Source of the DNA: Eledone cirrhosa
Taxonomy: Eukaryota
DNA length: 64,000 bases
Direction: 5' to 3'
Assembly: GCA_964016885.1 (NCBI GenBank)
Contig: OZ024741.1
Location: 378,572,001 to 378,636,000, forward strand
Part shown: piece after piece, positions 15,901 to 28,894 of the stretch
How positions within the stretch are numbered: position 1 is the stretch's first letter
How the letters are laid out: every line of letters begins with the position of its first letter
Translations under genes and position numbers: made by a program
Notes under the pieces: model-generated
Databases searched by the model: none
Told to the model about the DNA's origin: nothing
What the model saw: only the letters and a program-made list of their open reading frames with translations

Positions 15901-17018
15901 TATTGACTGTGTAGTGTTATTTTGTATTGTGTTAGTGGTTGCTTGGGGTGATTGTATATGTTTGTGTTTTTTGGTCCTAATAGTGTAAGCTATGGTGTTG
16001 TGGAGGGGGATAATTTTATTTATGTCTGTTAAAGAACTTGTGTTATTTGTGTGTGGGTGGAAAGGATTAGTCAAGGGCCCCGAAGAAGGTTCTGGGGACA
16101 TTGGTAGCAACGTGTATCGAGTACGGTGTGTTGTACGGTTCTGTTCCGGGTCCTACGACGTTTAGTGCGGTTGTTGTGGCTTGGTCTGTTTGTGGTCAGG
16201 CGTAACTGTCTCGCGTCATCTGGTGAGGTTTGTACCTTTTAATTCTTGTTCCCTATTAATTTGTATTTTATGAAAGGCGTCCTGTCCTTAGCTGGGTAGG
16301 AGTGTATGGCTTTACCTCCTTGAGTGTGGTATGTGTCGTTACATGTCTTGGCGGTCCTTGAGTGCAGATTATCCTAGGGGGAGAGGCGCTTTATCAATAC
16401 GTCTTGCTAAAGGACTGTGCTAATCGTATAAAGTTGTGCAGAGATGGGTGATAGAGAGAAAGAGATATTACATTACATAAAAATAAATTTAAACCCTAAC
16501 TAATTCCTCTAAATTCATAACTCATTCATTCTGCTCCTTCTTTTCACATTATATCCTTAATAACATTAATATTTTTTTATTTTAATAATACATATTAATA
16601 ATTTATTTTCCTCGCACATATTATTAAACCCTTCAATATACAAACCTTAATTTAATATTATTCTTAATTCCTTTTTTCTCTTCATGCATACACCTCATTA
16701 ACTTTTAATTTCAAATTCTTTTAAATTATCTATTATCTTCCAACGGCTTTTTAAGTTCTCTCTGTGAGACAATATATATTTTTTTCTCAGTTGTAAAGGC
16801 TATCTCTCTTTCTCTATCACCTATCTCTCCTCCTCTCTCATCCTTCCTTTATATACTTCTCCCCCCACCATTATTTACTCTCATCTCCTCCTCTTCCTTA
16901 ACATTTCCAACCCCCTCACTTTTTCCCAATCTCATACATCAATCTTAAATTATTTTTCATATGTTGATTTAAAACTTCACTATTCACAAGTGTTTTTAAG
17001 CTTCATATCGCGTATCCC

Positions 17019-17089
17019 TATTTTATCTGATGAGAACGCAGATATCATCCCATGATGATATTTGTTTTTGAAATGCGCATAATATAATA
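17019..17089 (+). ncRNA. Type I HHR in an orphan pLTR-like segment (~16440-17215)
   Basis: tattttat CTGATGA gaacgcagatatcat-ccc-atgatgatatttgttttt GAA ATGCGCAT A atataata, with palindromic helix III. AATAAA and then (TA)n lie downstream. Confidence 0.8.
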
Positions 17090-17211
17090 CTTGGAACTCT
17101 TTTAACCATCTTTTGATCTTATATTATTTATATTCCAGTCCTACAAATTGTAGAGTTCTACTTATCCGATATGTGCATTGCTTTATTGTGCTACAATAAA
17201 ACTCACCTCCT

Positions 17212-18258
<1,047 letters not shown>

Positions 18259-18480
18259 CAATATAGTTAGAAACACACATATATACATGAATGCATCCGC
18301 ACCCAACTGTGAGTTAAGGGTGCCAACTTCACCGATGTTGCTCAATGAATGACTGGGACAGACCAATTCAGTTTGAACCAGACTGACCCAGTATCAGAGT
18401 TAAAAATACATTATGAAGAGAGAAGAAACATTTAGATATAATTAGTAATAAAATGTATCATACCTAAACTGCTCCTAAAT

Positions 18481-18568
18481 TCCTCGACTACGTAGTTTCG
18501 TGGCATAAACAAAAACAATATATCAAAGATATAGAGTCCCTGCGAGGTCTGCCGACTTATCAAGAGGA
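18481..18568 (-). ncRNA. Degenerate HHR (pLTR remnant)
   Basis: The minus strand reads tcctc TTGATAA gtcggca...tgccac GAAAC tacgta GTC gagga. The helices are intact and the core reads TTGATAA. Confidence 0.55.
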
Positions 18569-18746
18569 TACCTCATTTTACTAGTCTCAAGAACGCGTCT
18601 ACACGACGTGAGAAAGAATCCCAAAAGGCGGAGGGGGAGATAGTCACGCGATATAACGGTCGAGAAACAGAGCTAAGCCTCTTATAACCACGAAGAAAAT
18701 ACCACGGAGGCGGAGGGGGTATTCATATCGATAATTACAAATAAAG

Positions 18747-19225
18747 ATTCAGCGAGAATCGCATTTCGGCAAGCAGGAAAAGCGAAGCGAAACGCGAAAA
18801 TCAGATATGATACTGGCAAAGTGCTCAATAGTTAAAAAGCAGAGCTAAACAATGTGTTAAGATGCCATACAAAACTTAAAAGGTGGTCAAGAAGACTTTA
18901 ACCACCCAAGCCATAAACCAATGAAGCTAAACAGGTCAAAACAAAATATTGATAAAAAAATAAACGATGACCAGACCTGGACTCCCGGAATTGTTGTTAA
19001 AATCGGATATAGAGCTTCTGTGACACCTAAATCAAAATAAAGTCTGCTTAAAAATATAAGCTTTGGGTATAATGATCGAAAATGTAATATCACGTTATCA
19101 ACAGGTATTTCGCTCTGTACCAAATAAGTGAATGACACGGGGGTAAGTTAACCCACGTGTGGAAATCATTGGGCGAATAACCCTAGATTTTGGCAAAGAA
19201 ATTCAGTAAGTGTGAAGCAACCGAT
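18747..19225 (+). repeat. Dispersed ~500-bp non-coding repeat family D (copy 1)
   Basis: Begins attcagcgagaatcgcatttcggc. Homologous to 24721-25275, 56580-56790 (inverted), 57704-58163 + 59545-59640, and 59681-59730. Confidence 0.8.
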
Positions 19226-19245
19226 ATATATATATATATATATAT

Positions 19246-20727
19246 GAATCCAAAATTACGATAAAATGAATTAAATGAATTTAATCTATATCGAAATCAT
19301 GGGTGCCATGATATAATGCAAGCGCCATAAATCCTGTGAAATTTAAGCTCAAAGATAAATCCAACCATATTATAATAACTAGAGGTTGATTAACATATAA
19401 ATATACATGAATCATCACAGGAGATAATTTTGCTCGCGTGTAACCACGCATAGCTAGTATAGTTAGTAGTTACCTTTAAGACTGAATAACCTTTCCTTGT
19501 ATATATCCCATTAAAGAAATATATTTCACCAATTAATCAGATGGTAAGTCACGGATAGTGGATATTATTGGATTGTCAGCAAGGAAAGTTTAATAATTTC
19601 CAGCTATTCGTCCTTACAGAGTGAGTTCAAATCTTCAACTAGCCGTCACCACGTGTTGCGTCCACAAAGATAGCGGTTTCGTTTCAGTGGCGTGAATAGA
19701 TATTCGACAACTAGAAATAGCAGTCAAATTCTCTTCAACAGAAATAGCTCTACAATTAAGGAGCCGTATATATATATATATATATAAATCCAAGGATTTA
19801 TGGCGCATGCATTATGTCATGGCACCCATGATTTCGATTTCGATTAAATTAATTTAATTCATTCTATCGTAATGTTGGATTTAGATATATATATACGCTA
19901 TCTTGTGTGGACGCAACACGTGGTGACAGCTAGTTGAAGATTCGAACTCACTCTGTAAGGTCGAATAGCTGGAAATTATTAAACTGTCCTTGCTGACAAT
20001 CCAATAATATCCACTATCCATGACTTACCATCTGATTAATTAGTGAAATATATTTCTTTAATGGGATATATACAAGAAAAGGTTAATCACTCTTAAAGGT
20101 AAAAATTACCTATACTAGGTATGCGTGGTTACACGCGAGCAAAAATTATCTCCTGTGATTATTCATGTATATTTATATGTTAATGAACCTCAAGTTATTA
20201 TAATATGCTCGGATTTATCTTTGAGCTTAAATTCCCAGGATTTATGGCGCATGCATTATGTCATGGCACGCATGATTTCGATTTAGATTAAATTCAGTTA
20301 ATTCATTTTATCGTAATTTGGGATTTAGATATATATACGGCTCCTTAATTGTAGAGGTATTTCTGTTGAAGAGAATTTGACTGCTATTTCTAGTTGTCGA
20401 ATACCTATTCACGCCACTGAAACAAAACCGCTATCGTGTGTGGACGCAACACGTGGTGACGGCTAGTTGGGGATTTGAACTCACTCTGTAAGGACGAATA
20501 GCTGGAAATTATTAAACTTTCCTTGCTGACAATCCAATAATATCCACTATCCGTGACTTACCATCTGATTAATTGGTGAAATATATTTCTTTAATGGGAT
20601 ATATACAAGGAAAGATTAATCACTCTTAAAGGTAACTATTACCTATACTAGCTATGCGTGGTTACACGCGAGCAAAATTATCTCCTGTGATTATTCATGT
20701 ATATTTATATGTTAATCAACCTCTAGT

Positions 20728-20730
<3 letters not shown>
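19246..20730. repeat. Family C: ~535-bp unit, one copy (19246-19767) inverted relative to ~1.9 tandem copies (19786-20730), bounded by TA runs
   Basis: gtggacgcaacacgtggtgac occurs at 19907 and 20440, with its reverse complement at ~19645-19665. Confidence 0.85.
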
Positions 20731-20790
<60 letters not shown>

Positions 20791-20792
<2 letters not shown>

Positions 20793-20944
20793 AATGAGTA
20801 GGACCAGCATTAGCCGTCGAAACGGCTTGAGTTCAGCCGTCGGGGTCCTACTCGTACCTATTACCCACGCTACTACCCTAAGTATTGAGTACTTTGGTGC
20901 GTTATGGTCCATCTGGTTCCTTACCACATTCCACATTTCCTTCG

Positions 20945-20946
<2 letters not shown>
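20791..20946 (+). repeat. Short element between (TA)n tracts; homologous to 25395-25566 (opposite strand, with terminal inversion)
   Basis: Shared tagccgtcgaaacggcttgag...taccctaagtattgagta..tggtgcgttatggtccatct. Confidence 0.75.
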
Positions 20947-20997
<51 letters not shown>

Positions 20998-21128
20998 CAA
21001 AGAGATATTTAATTTGTTGGTTATTCATCAAATGTATTTATAAAATATTCGAAGCACTCCACAATATTCTTATGGAGTATAATATCAATGATATTAATAC
21101 ATGTAAACTATATTTATAAAACCATATT

Positions 21129-21188
21129 TATTTTATTATATATATTTCAAGGGTACCAACATTCTGGTACGCTCTCATCAGATAAAAT
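21129..21188 (-). ncRNA. HHR in pLTR remnant (~20995-21245)
   Basis: The minus strand reads ttttat CTGATGA gagcgtacca-gaatgt-tggtaccctt GAAA tatata TA ataaaa. Confidence 0.8.
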
Positions 21189-21785
21189 TCACAAATTGTT
21201 TTATAAATATTGACATATCCCAAAACAACAACTTATCGTTTTAAGTACTTTTCGTATAGACTATATAATAAAATGAACATCTGGTTTTATAAAGATAGTT
21301 TCCATGTATTAATGTCATTGCTATAAATATATATACATATATATCATGCTAATGACCATTTGTTTCCATTTTCGTATGAAAGCATTTACTATATTCAAAA
21401 CCATACGTCATATATATATAAAAAAATAAATATATATATATATATGTGTGTGTCTGTGTGTGTGTCTTTGCGTGTTGATGTGTGTGTGTATGTGTGGGTG
21501 TGGATGTGTGTGTGTGTGTTTGTGTGTGGATGTGTGTGTGTGGTGGTGTGAGTGTGTGTGTGGGGGGGGGGGGGGGGCGAGGCGATAGTATATACATGAC
21601 GTTTTCGTTTATTCATTATTTGGAATATAAAAAATGCTTTAATACCAACACGGAAAGAAATGGTCCTTAGGAAGATATGCAGGAACATATACAGCGATTC
21701 TCGAGATTTATAGAGGAATTAATATTGAAATACAACACCAATTCCAGAAGGAATTCACAACTATTTGTTCATCATCTATAATATA

Positions 21786-22140
21786 TCATCATCGTCATCA
21801 TCATCATCAGTCCCTTGACTTTTGTAGGCGTCGGGAGGGGGGTGTTATACGCCAGAAGCAGCACATACTCGAAATAATCTATCAACTGCGGCCGTCAACA
21901 AATCTGGTGTAGTCATTTACGTCTCTTCTTTGACATTTGCCATGGCGTCCCCTCCTGCGCCCATCTTCAACGGCCCCATGCATGATGGTCTGGCAAAGTG
22001 TGGCAAGTCGTTTGACCTGGTGAAACCATGCCAGTTTTAACCTTGTGACTGGCGAGGAGAGGGTCCTGGGGACCCACAAACATTTTAACAATACTCCGGT
22101 CGTATTCTCATACATTTGCCATTAAACGCCTGTATCCTTA
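21786..22140 (-). mobile_element. RTE-type LINE 3' fragment with (GAT)n tail
   Basis: KLAWFHQVKR..TIMHGAVEDGRRRGR, with a catcatc tail at 21787-21808. Confidence 0.75.
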
Positions 22141-23211
22141 TCCAGATGACTAGTAAGTTAAGTAACATATTCCATTCTTCATAATACAAATAGTAATAAA
22201 TAACATAGAATTCACCCAACACATATTGCACTCATTGTTTGCTTCAACATGGGTTTACTCAATTTTATTTTGCTTCCTCACTACATATTGCCTAGTAATT
22301 GGCATTATTTTGAAAATGATAAGTAGGAGATCTTATAGGTTATTTTTGTTAGGAATAGTATGGGAATGAAAACCACGGAGCGTTTCGTTTTCCTACATCA
22401 CTATTTTCTGGGATTCCATGAATTCTGATAATTCATTTTTTTTTTTTTTTTTTCTAAAATAGTTTGTTGATATGCAGATTGGATTGTGTGCAAGTTACAC
22501 ACACATTGTTATATTGGTAAGCTAATGTGGAATATCAGCGTAGAAAATGAATTCTTAAATTGTAACCACAGAACAGAAAGTAAAGACCTTGCTATAAGTA
22601 TTCTAGACGTACAAATGTCAAAGTCAGCTTGAAAATGCATATACTTTTAGTTATTCCGTGTATTGAACTATAAAGAAATATTTTATTCGTATTATAGTAC
22701 TTTAATGAATTAATTGAAAAAACATATAACATTATAATTAGTTCTTTGACTAATAATGTAAATATTAAATAAGTACACTCTATTACTCAGTCAGACGAGA
22801 GTTATCGAACTCATCAAAGTAATCCTGAAAGATATTTCCGCTTTAATGCTGACATCAGGAAAAAATCAATACTTCGAAATGCAATCTTACAAAAGTACAA
22901 AAGAACAAAATAAGTGTAAATGAATTAAGTAGTATGTAAAATTATTAATCCTTTGATCAAGCTTCTAATTAAATTATAAAGTATTTCATTTATTTATTCA
23001 CGGAACTTCTGCAATAAATTAATTTTGTAACTAATTTATTCATAAATGCACGCAATAAATCGATGTTTGTGCAAGAGGTAGACCGTCTTGTAGGTTCAGC
23101 TGCAAATAATTTGTAACCAGAACATTTTGTACATTTTAGAAAGTATTAATGTGATAACTAAAGATGACTCCCTTTCTCGCATTCACGATGACAAATTTAC
23201 AGTTACTGTAA

Positions 23212-23251
<40 letters not shown>

Positions 23252-23255
<4 letters not shown>

Positions 23256-24628
23256 TTGGGGAGGGTCATCTTTGCGTAATATTGCCAGAATTAATAACAG
23301 AACACACTCACTGTTTGGTTGGTTTTCGCCTCTCGCTGTCTTTTATTATATCTGCGATCTAACTTACTCGGTCCTCAATGTTGCCATTGACTGACCGGCG
23401 GTCAAAAATAATACAGATACAATATAGACACAAACACACATATATATATATAGTTTACATAATTTACATAAATCTTTCGTTGCACATCTGCAACATCGTC
23501 AGTGGTGTATATTCATTGTTCCTCCTGTTGTGTTGTATGCGTACGCCATTTTTTATTCAGTCTGTCTATATATTTATTTATTTATTTGCTTGTTTGTTTA
23601 TCTTATTTTATTTTGTCTTCTTTGCGCATCCGTTTGCGTGTGTGTATAGTGTTATGTGTGATGTGTGACTAGTGTGTATAGTGTTGTGTCTGCTGGGTGA
23701 CTAGTGTGTGTTTATGTGCTTGTTGTTATTGTGCTTGTGTATGTATTTATTTATCTTATTTTATTTAATTTTATTTACTTATTTATACTTCTCTTAGGTC
23801 AGTGTTGTTTGTTTGGGTGTTGTTGTTGTTCCACTCATTCTTTCTGTTTAGCTTTGGTCTTCTAATTTCTATTTCACTGGCCTCTCTGATTTGCCTATCT
23901 GCTGGGTCATTCCTATGTTTAGATATTATTCTAATTTCTAGAAATTAGAATAATATCTAAACATAGGAATGACCCAGCAGATAGGCAAATCAGAGAGGCC
24001 AGTGAAATAGAAATTAGAAGACCAAAGCTAAACAGAAAGAATGAGTGGAACAACAACAACACCCAAACAAACAACACTGACCTAAGAGAAGTATAAATAA
24101 GTAAATAAAATTAAATAAAATAAGATAAATAAATACATACACAAGCACAATAACAACAAGCACATAAACACACACTAGTCACCCAGCAGACACAACACTA
24201 TACACACTAGTCACACATCACACATAACACTAAACACACACGCAAACGCATGCGCAAAGAAGACAAAATAAAATAAGATAAACAAACAAGCAAATAAATA
24301 AATAAATATATAGACAGACTGAATAAAAAATGGCGTAGGCATACAACACAACAGGAGGAACAATGAATATAACACCACTGACGATGTTGCAGATGTGCAA
24401 CGAAAGATTTATGTAAATTATGTAAACTATATATATATATATGTGTTTGTGTCTATATTGTATCTGTATTATTTTTGACCGCCGGTCAGTCAATGGCAAC
24501 ATTGAGGACCGAGTAAGTTAGATCGCAGATATAATAAAAGACAGCGAGAAGCGAAAACCAACCAAACAGTGAGTGTGTTCTGTTATTAATTCTGGCAATA
24601 TTACGCAAATATGACCCTCCCCAAGTAT
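23252..24628. mobile_element. ~1.38-kb spacerless inverted repeat made of two head-to-head PLE 3' ends
   Basis: The centre is aatttctagaaatt at ~23940. The right arm translates DRQIREASEIEIRRPKLNRKNEW, resembling a GIY-YIG C-terminus. There is an HHR-like motif in each arm. Confidence 0.85.
24372..24414 (+). ncRNA. HHR-like motif (mirror copy 23466-23508, minus)
   Basis: CTGACGA t-gttgca-gatg-tgcaac GAAAGATTTA. The core and helix II are clear; helix I is weak. Confidence 0.6.
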
Positions 24629-24720
24629 AACAATATCTGTTTCGACACACGATTTCATATAAAAAAACCTCGCAAAAACTAATTCATCGCCGCTATATAA
24701 ATATATATATATATATATAT

Positions 24721-25275
24721 AAATTCAGCAAGAATCGCATTTCGGCGGGTATAAAAAGCGAAACGAAAGGCAAAACTCAGAATTATGCTGGCAAGCACTC
24801 TATAGTTAAAAAAAAAAAGAGCTAAACAATATGTTAAAACGCCATAAACACTGAAAAAGTGGTCAATAAAGCATCAACCACCTAAGCCAAAATGCAAATC
24901 AAGCTAAAGAGGTCAAAACAAAATAAATGATACAAAAACAAACCTGAACCCATTGGAATTGATGGTAAAATCCAAATTCAGGGTGTCTATGACACCTAAA
25001 TCAATAATAATGTCTGCTTATAACTATAAGCTTTAGGTTTAATGATCGAACAAGGAATATCACGTGCATTTGGCTCTGTACCAAATTTTGGAATGACACA
25101 GAGCTTCGTAAAAGCACATATGTAATTCACAAGGGGAAAAAACCCAGATTTTGACAAATTAATACGGTATTTGAATATCATGAAACAAATTGCATAAATA
25201 GCATAAATCGAATAATCACACAACCAGGTAGTTTTTAAAATAAACTTATGCAATTAATCTTCAATATAATTATTA
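24721..25275 (+). repeat. Repeat family D (copy 2)
   Basis: Collinear with 18747-19225 and 57704-58163. Starts at (TA)n. Confidence 0.8.
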
Positions 25276-25353
25276 ACATATAATTATTAACATTAATATG
25301 TATATAATTATATCTAATATAATATATATATAATATATATATAATTATTAACA

Positions 25354-25395
<42 letters not shown>

Positions 25396-25574
25396 AATAA
25401 TTGTGGTAAGGAAACAGATGGACCATAACGCACCAGATTACTCAATACTTAGGGTAGATGAGTGTGAAAAAAGAAAAAGTATGACCCTGACGACAGAGCT
25501 CAAGCCGTTTCGACGGCTATTTCTGGAGTCAAATCCAGAAATAGCCGTCGAAACGGCTTGAGCTCTGTATGTAT

Positions 25575-25631
<57 letters not shown>

Positions 25632-25661
25632 AATATATATATATACATATGTATATATATA

Positions 25662-25710
<49 letters not shown>

Positions 25711-26225
25711 GCATATATATATATATATATATATATTGGTAAACGGCATAGAAAATGCTGACAACTTGTTCACAGTGAAAAATAGTTTAATTAGGAATAA
25801 ATGAGAATTAGTAATTGTATTGATTAGTATTCAGTTTTGGTTTTAAGTTTTACCGGTTGCGCATTTCTAAATGCTTTTCGAAAATAATTTTGAGATAGAG
25901 CGTCCGTGATGTTTGCTCTGATCTGATTAGTTTTGGGAATTCTACCTGTTTTTATGTTAAAAAAGTGGCTCCAGCGCTATTAAAATTGGTTTTTGCGCCA
26001 ATTCGTGTTGCAAAAATTCTTGTGGTCAAAACAAGGTTGATTGGTCGGTAGAGGTCATGTGAATGTAAAAAATTGATTTTGCGCCAAGACTGAGAAATGA
26101 CTCTTTCACAACAAATATGTGTATGTGTGTGTGTAGTAGTAGTAAAGTGTTCGTTGTTGTGATAATGGCTAGCAGGGATGTGTGTACGAACCGCAGCCTG
26201 TTGACAGTTCAAATACCTATTAAGA

Positions 26226-26349
<124 letters not shown>

Positions 26350-26848
26350 GCAGAGTAAATCGTGGTAGAGGGATGGTCAGTAAGAGTGTGTCTGTAAGTG
26401 AGTGGGGGACATTTTAACATGTTAAAAGATATTTTTCAGCTCTTGTCTCATACGGAGAAGTGTGTGTCTGTGTGTGTGTGTGCGTGCGTGTGTGTGTAGA
26501 AGAGTAATTCGTGGTAGAGGGATGGTCAGTAGGAATGTGTCTGTAGGTGAGTGGGGGATATTTTAACATGTTAAAATATATTTTTCAGCTCTTGTATTAT
26601 AGGGAGAAGTGTGCTTGTGTGTGTGTGTGTGTGTATAAGTCTCTTTGTATGTTAATGTACGCGTGTCTATGTGTGTGTGTATATTTGTTTGTGTGTGTGT
26701 GTGTGGGTGGACCAGTATATTTTTCCTGGTAAAATGGTGTACATTATTCGATATTTTCAGTAAAATCGATTGTCTAAATAGAACATCAAAAACCTTAACA
26801 ATAAAAGGTGTGAAATGATATTCACTATATATATATATATACATATAT

Positions 26849-26939
<91 letters not shown>

Positions 26940-26944
26940 GTTTC

Positions 26945-28860
26945 ACTATAGAACATGTGTGTTTACGTATGTCATTGTGTTTATATGTGGGTAGAGATGT
27001 GTGCTGATCTAGGTATGTATGTTGACGTGTGTATGTTGTGGGTTCGTCTTAGGGAGAAGTGTTTAGACGGGGTCCGTATTTGTTAATAAAGTAAGATTCC
27101 TTGCTGATGCGCTGGGTGTCAGTGGCATTAACTTTAAATTTGTAGAGGGAAAGATTCTGAAGTTGGGATGATTTGGGGCAGCACAGGTATCAATGTGTTC
27201 ACTCAGTGGTATTTTCCTGTAATCCCGTATTTTAATTTTGGATCTATGGACAGTCATGCGTTGGCCGAGGCTGTTGTTGGTCTGGCCTATGTATTGTTCT
27301 CGACAATCTGATCAAGTTAATACACATATTAGATTTTCCGATGCACATGTGAAATTGTGTTTTACTATAAAACGTTGTTCTTCTTTGAAATAGAATTCCG
27401 AACCGTCTATTAGGTTGATGCAAATGCCACAGTTGGGTCTATCGCATTTCTTTACTGTTGGTGTCGTTGTGGTGGTTGGCAGTACATTGGCATGTGTTAG
27501 GATGTTTTCCATTGACTTAGATTGTCTTTTGCTCTTTATGATATCGTGTGTTCGTAGGATTTGGTTCATTATATGGTCCTTTTTCAACACAGGGATGTTC
27601 TGGAGGATGGTGTCAAGGGCCTCATTGTTGTGGGGGCTGTGTGTGGAGATGTATGGAAGAGCTTTTAGTTTCGGTTGATTTACTTTAGGGTGTCTAAGCT
27701 CCTGGGTACTGAGTTTTAGGCCACGTTGGATTCCATTGTCAATTAGTGATGCAGGGTAGTCCCTGCCTATGAGTGTGCCCTTTAGTTCTTGTAGCCGTAA
27801 GTAGCAGGTGTTTTTATTGGATAATATAGTACAGATTCTCTTGGCTAAGTTGTAGGGAATATTAATTTTAACGTGTCTAGGGTGGCAAGAGCTGAAAGGA
27901 TGATATTGCTTGGAGTCTGTGGGCTTGTAGTATATGTCTGTTTCTATTTTCTTGTTATGGATCTTAATGAGGATGTCGAGGAAGGGGAGTTGTTGATGGC
28001 TGTATTCCATCGTGAAGTTAATATTCGTGTTGAGCCCATTTATAAGTGTGTGAAATTCTTTAAGTTTTTCGATGTTTTTGTGCCAAAGGATGAAGCAGTC
28101 ATCTAGATATCGCTTCCAGTTCCTTTCTATATGTAAGTGGAGAGTGTTTCCAAATGTGTTTAGGACTTTAGTGTAGAGGGTGATTTCCAGGTATCCCATG
28201 ACTAGATTGGCATAAGTGGTGTCTGTTTTAGTTCCCATAGCGGTCCCAGACATACACCTCCCAATTTTTATTTTCCCACACGCGACATACATCCACAACA
28301 CGCATAAACACCACACACACACGTGCGTACCACCACCTATTTACACATTCAGCCTCCGGAATACTCTATCCACACACGCACACACACGCCGACCTACACC
28401 CCACCCCACACACACCTCTTCCTGAACATGCAACCCCGTTCTTCCCCCAACCCTTGCTTTCTGATACACACACACACACACACCACACACACGTACACCT
28501 ACACACACACACACCAGCCTTCCCCGCTCGGACACCCGTCTCCCTCTTCCCACTCCACCCGCCACCACCCATACACGCCCCACACCCTTCCACAACCTGT
28601 TTTAGCCCATTTTAATTTTATTTTGATCATGTCTTTATTTTTAATTTCATTTGCACCGTTTCCTCTCACTCCCTTTTTGCTATATGTCTCTCCGCCACTC
28701 CCCTACACACCCTTTGAACTCTCTTCCCACACACTTTTCACCTAAAGAAGGGCTTATGCCCGAAACGTCGTTCCCCACCACCACCCCACTCTCAAGAGCG
28801 TGAAATTAATAAACCTTTGTTCGTACTGCCTCTCTGTTTTATTCCCGTTCAATGTTTCAC
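26945..28860 (-). mobile_element. 5'-truncated Neptune-like PLE with inverted pLTR (~28255-28860)
   Basis: ORF 27312-28322 has GTAMGT, WKRYLDDCF, LPFLDILI, TDIYYKPTD, the Zn-knuckle CDRPNCGIC and CASENLI. After a stop it continues YIGQT..RMTVHR. Confidence 0.9.
28738..28775 (+). ncRNA. Minimal Neptune-type HHR, core mutated
   Basis: CTAAAGA agggc-ttat-gccc GAAACGTC. G5 is changed to A relative to CTGAAGA. Confidence 0.65.

Positions 28861-28894
<34 letters not shown>

Noticed and set aside
20562-20597. CTGATTA..GAAATATATTTC as a bona fide HHR
   Set aside because: G8 is absent and helix II cannot form. It is kept only as a lead in the family C finding.
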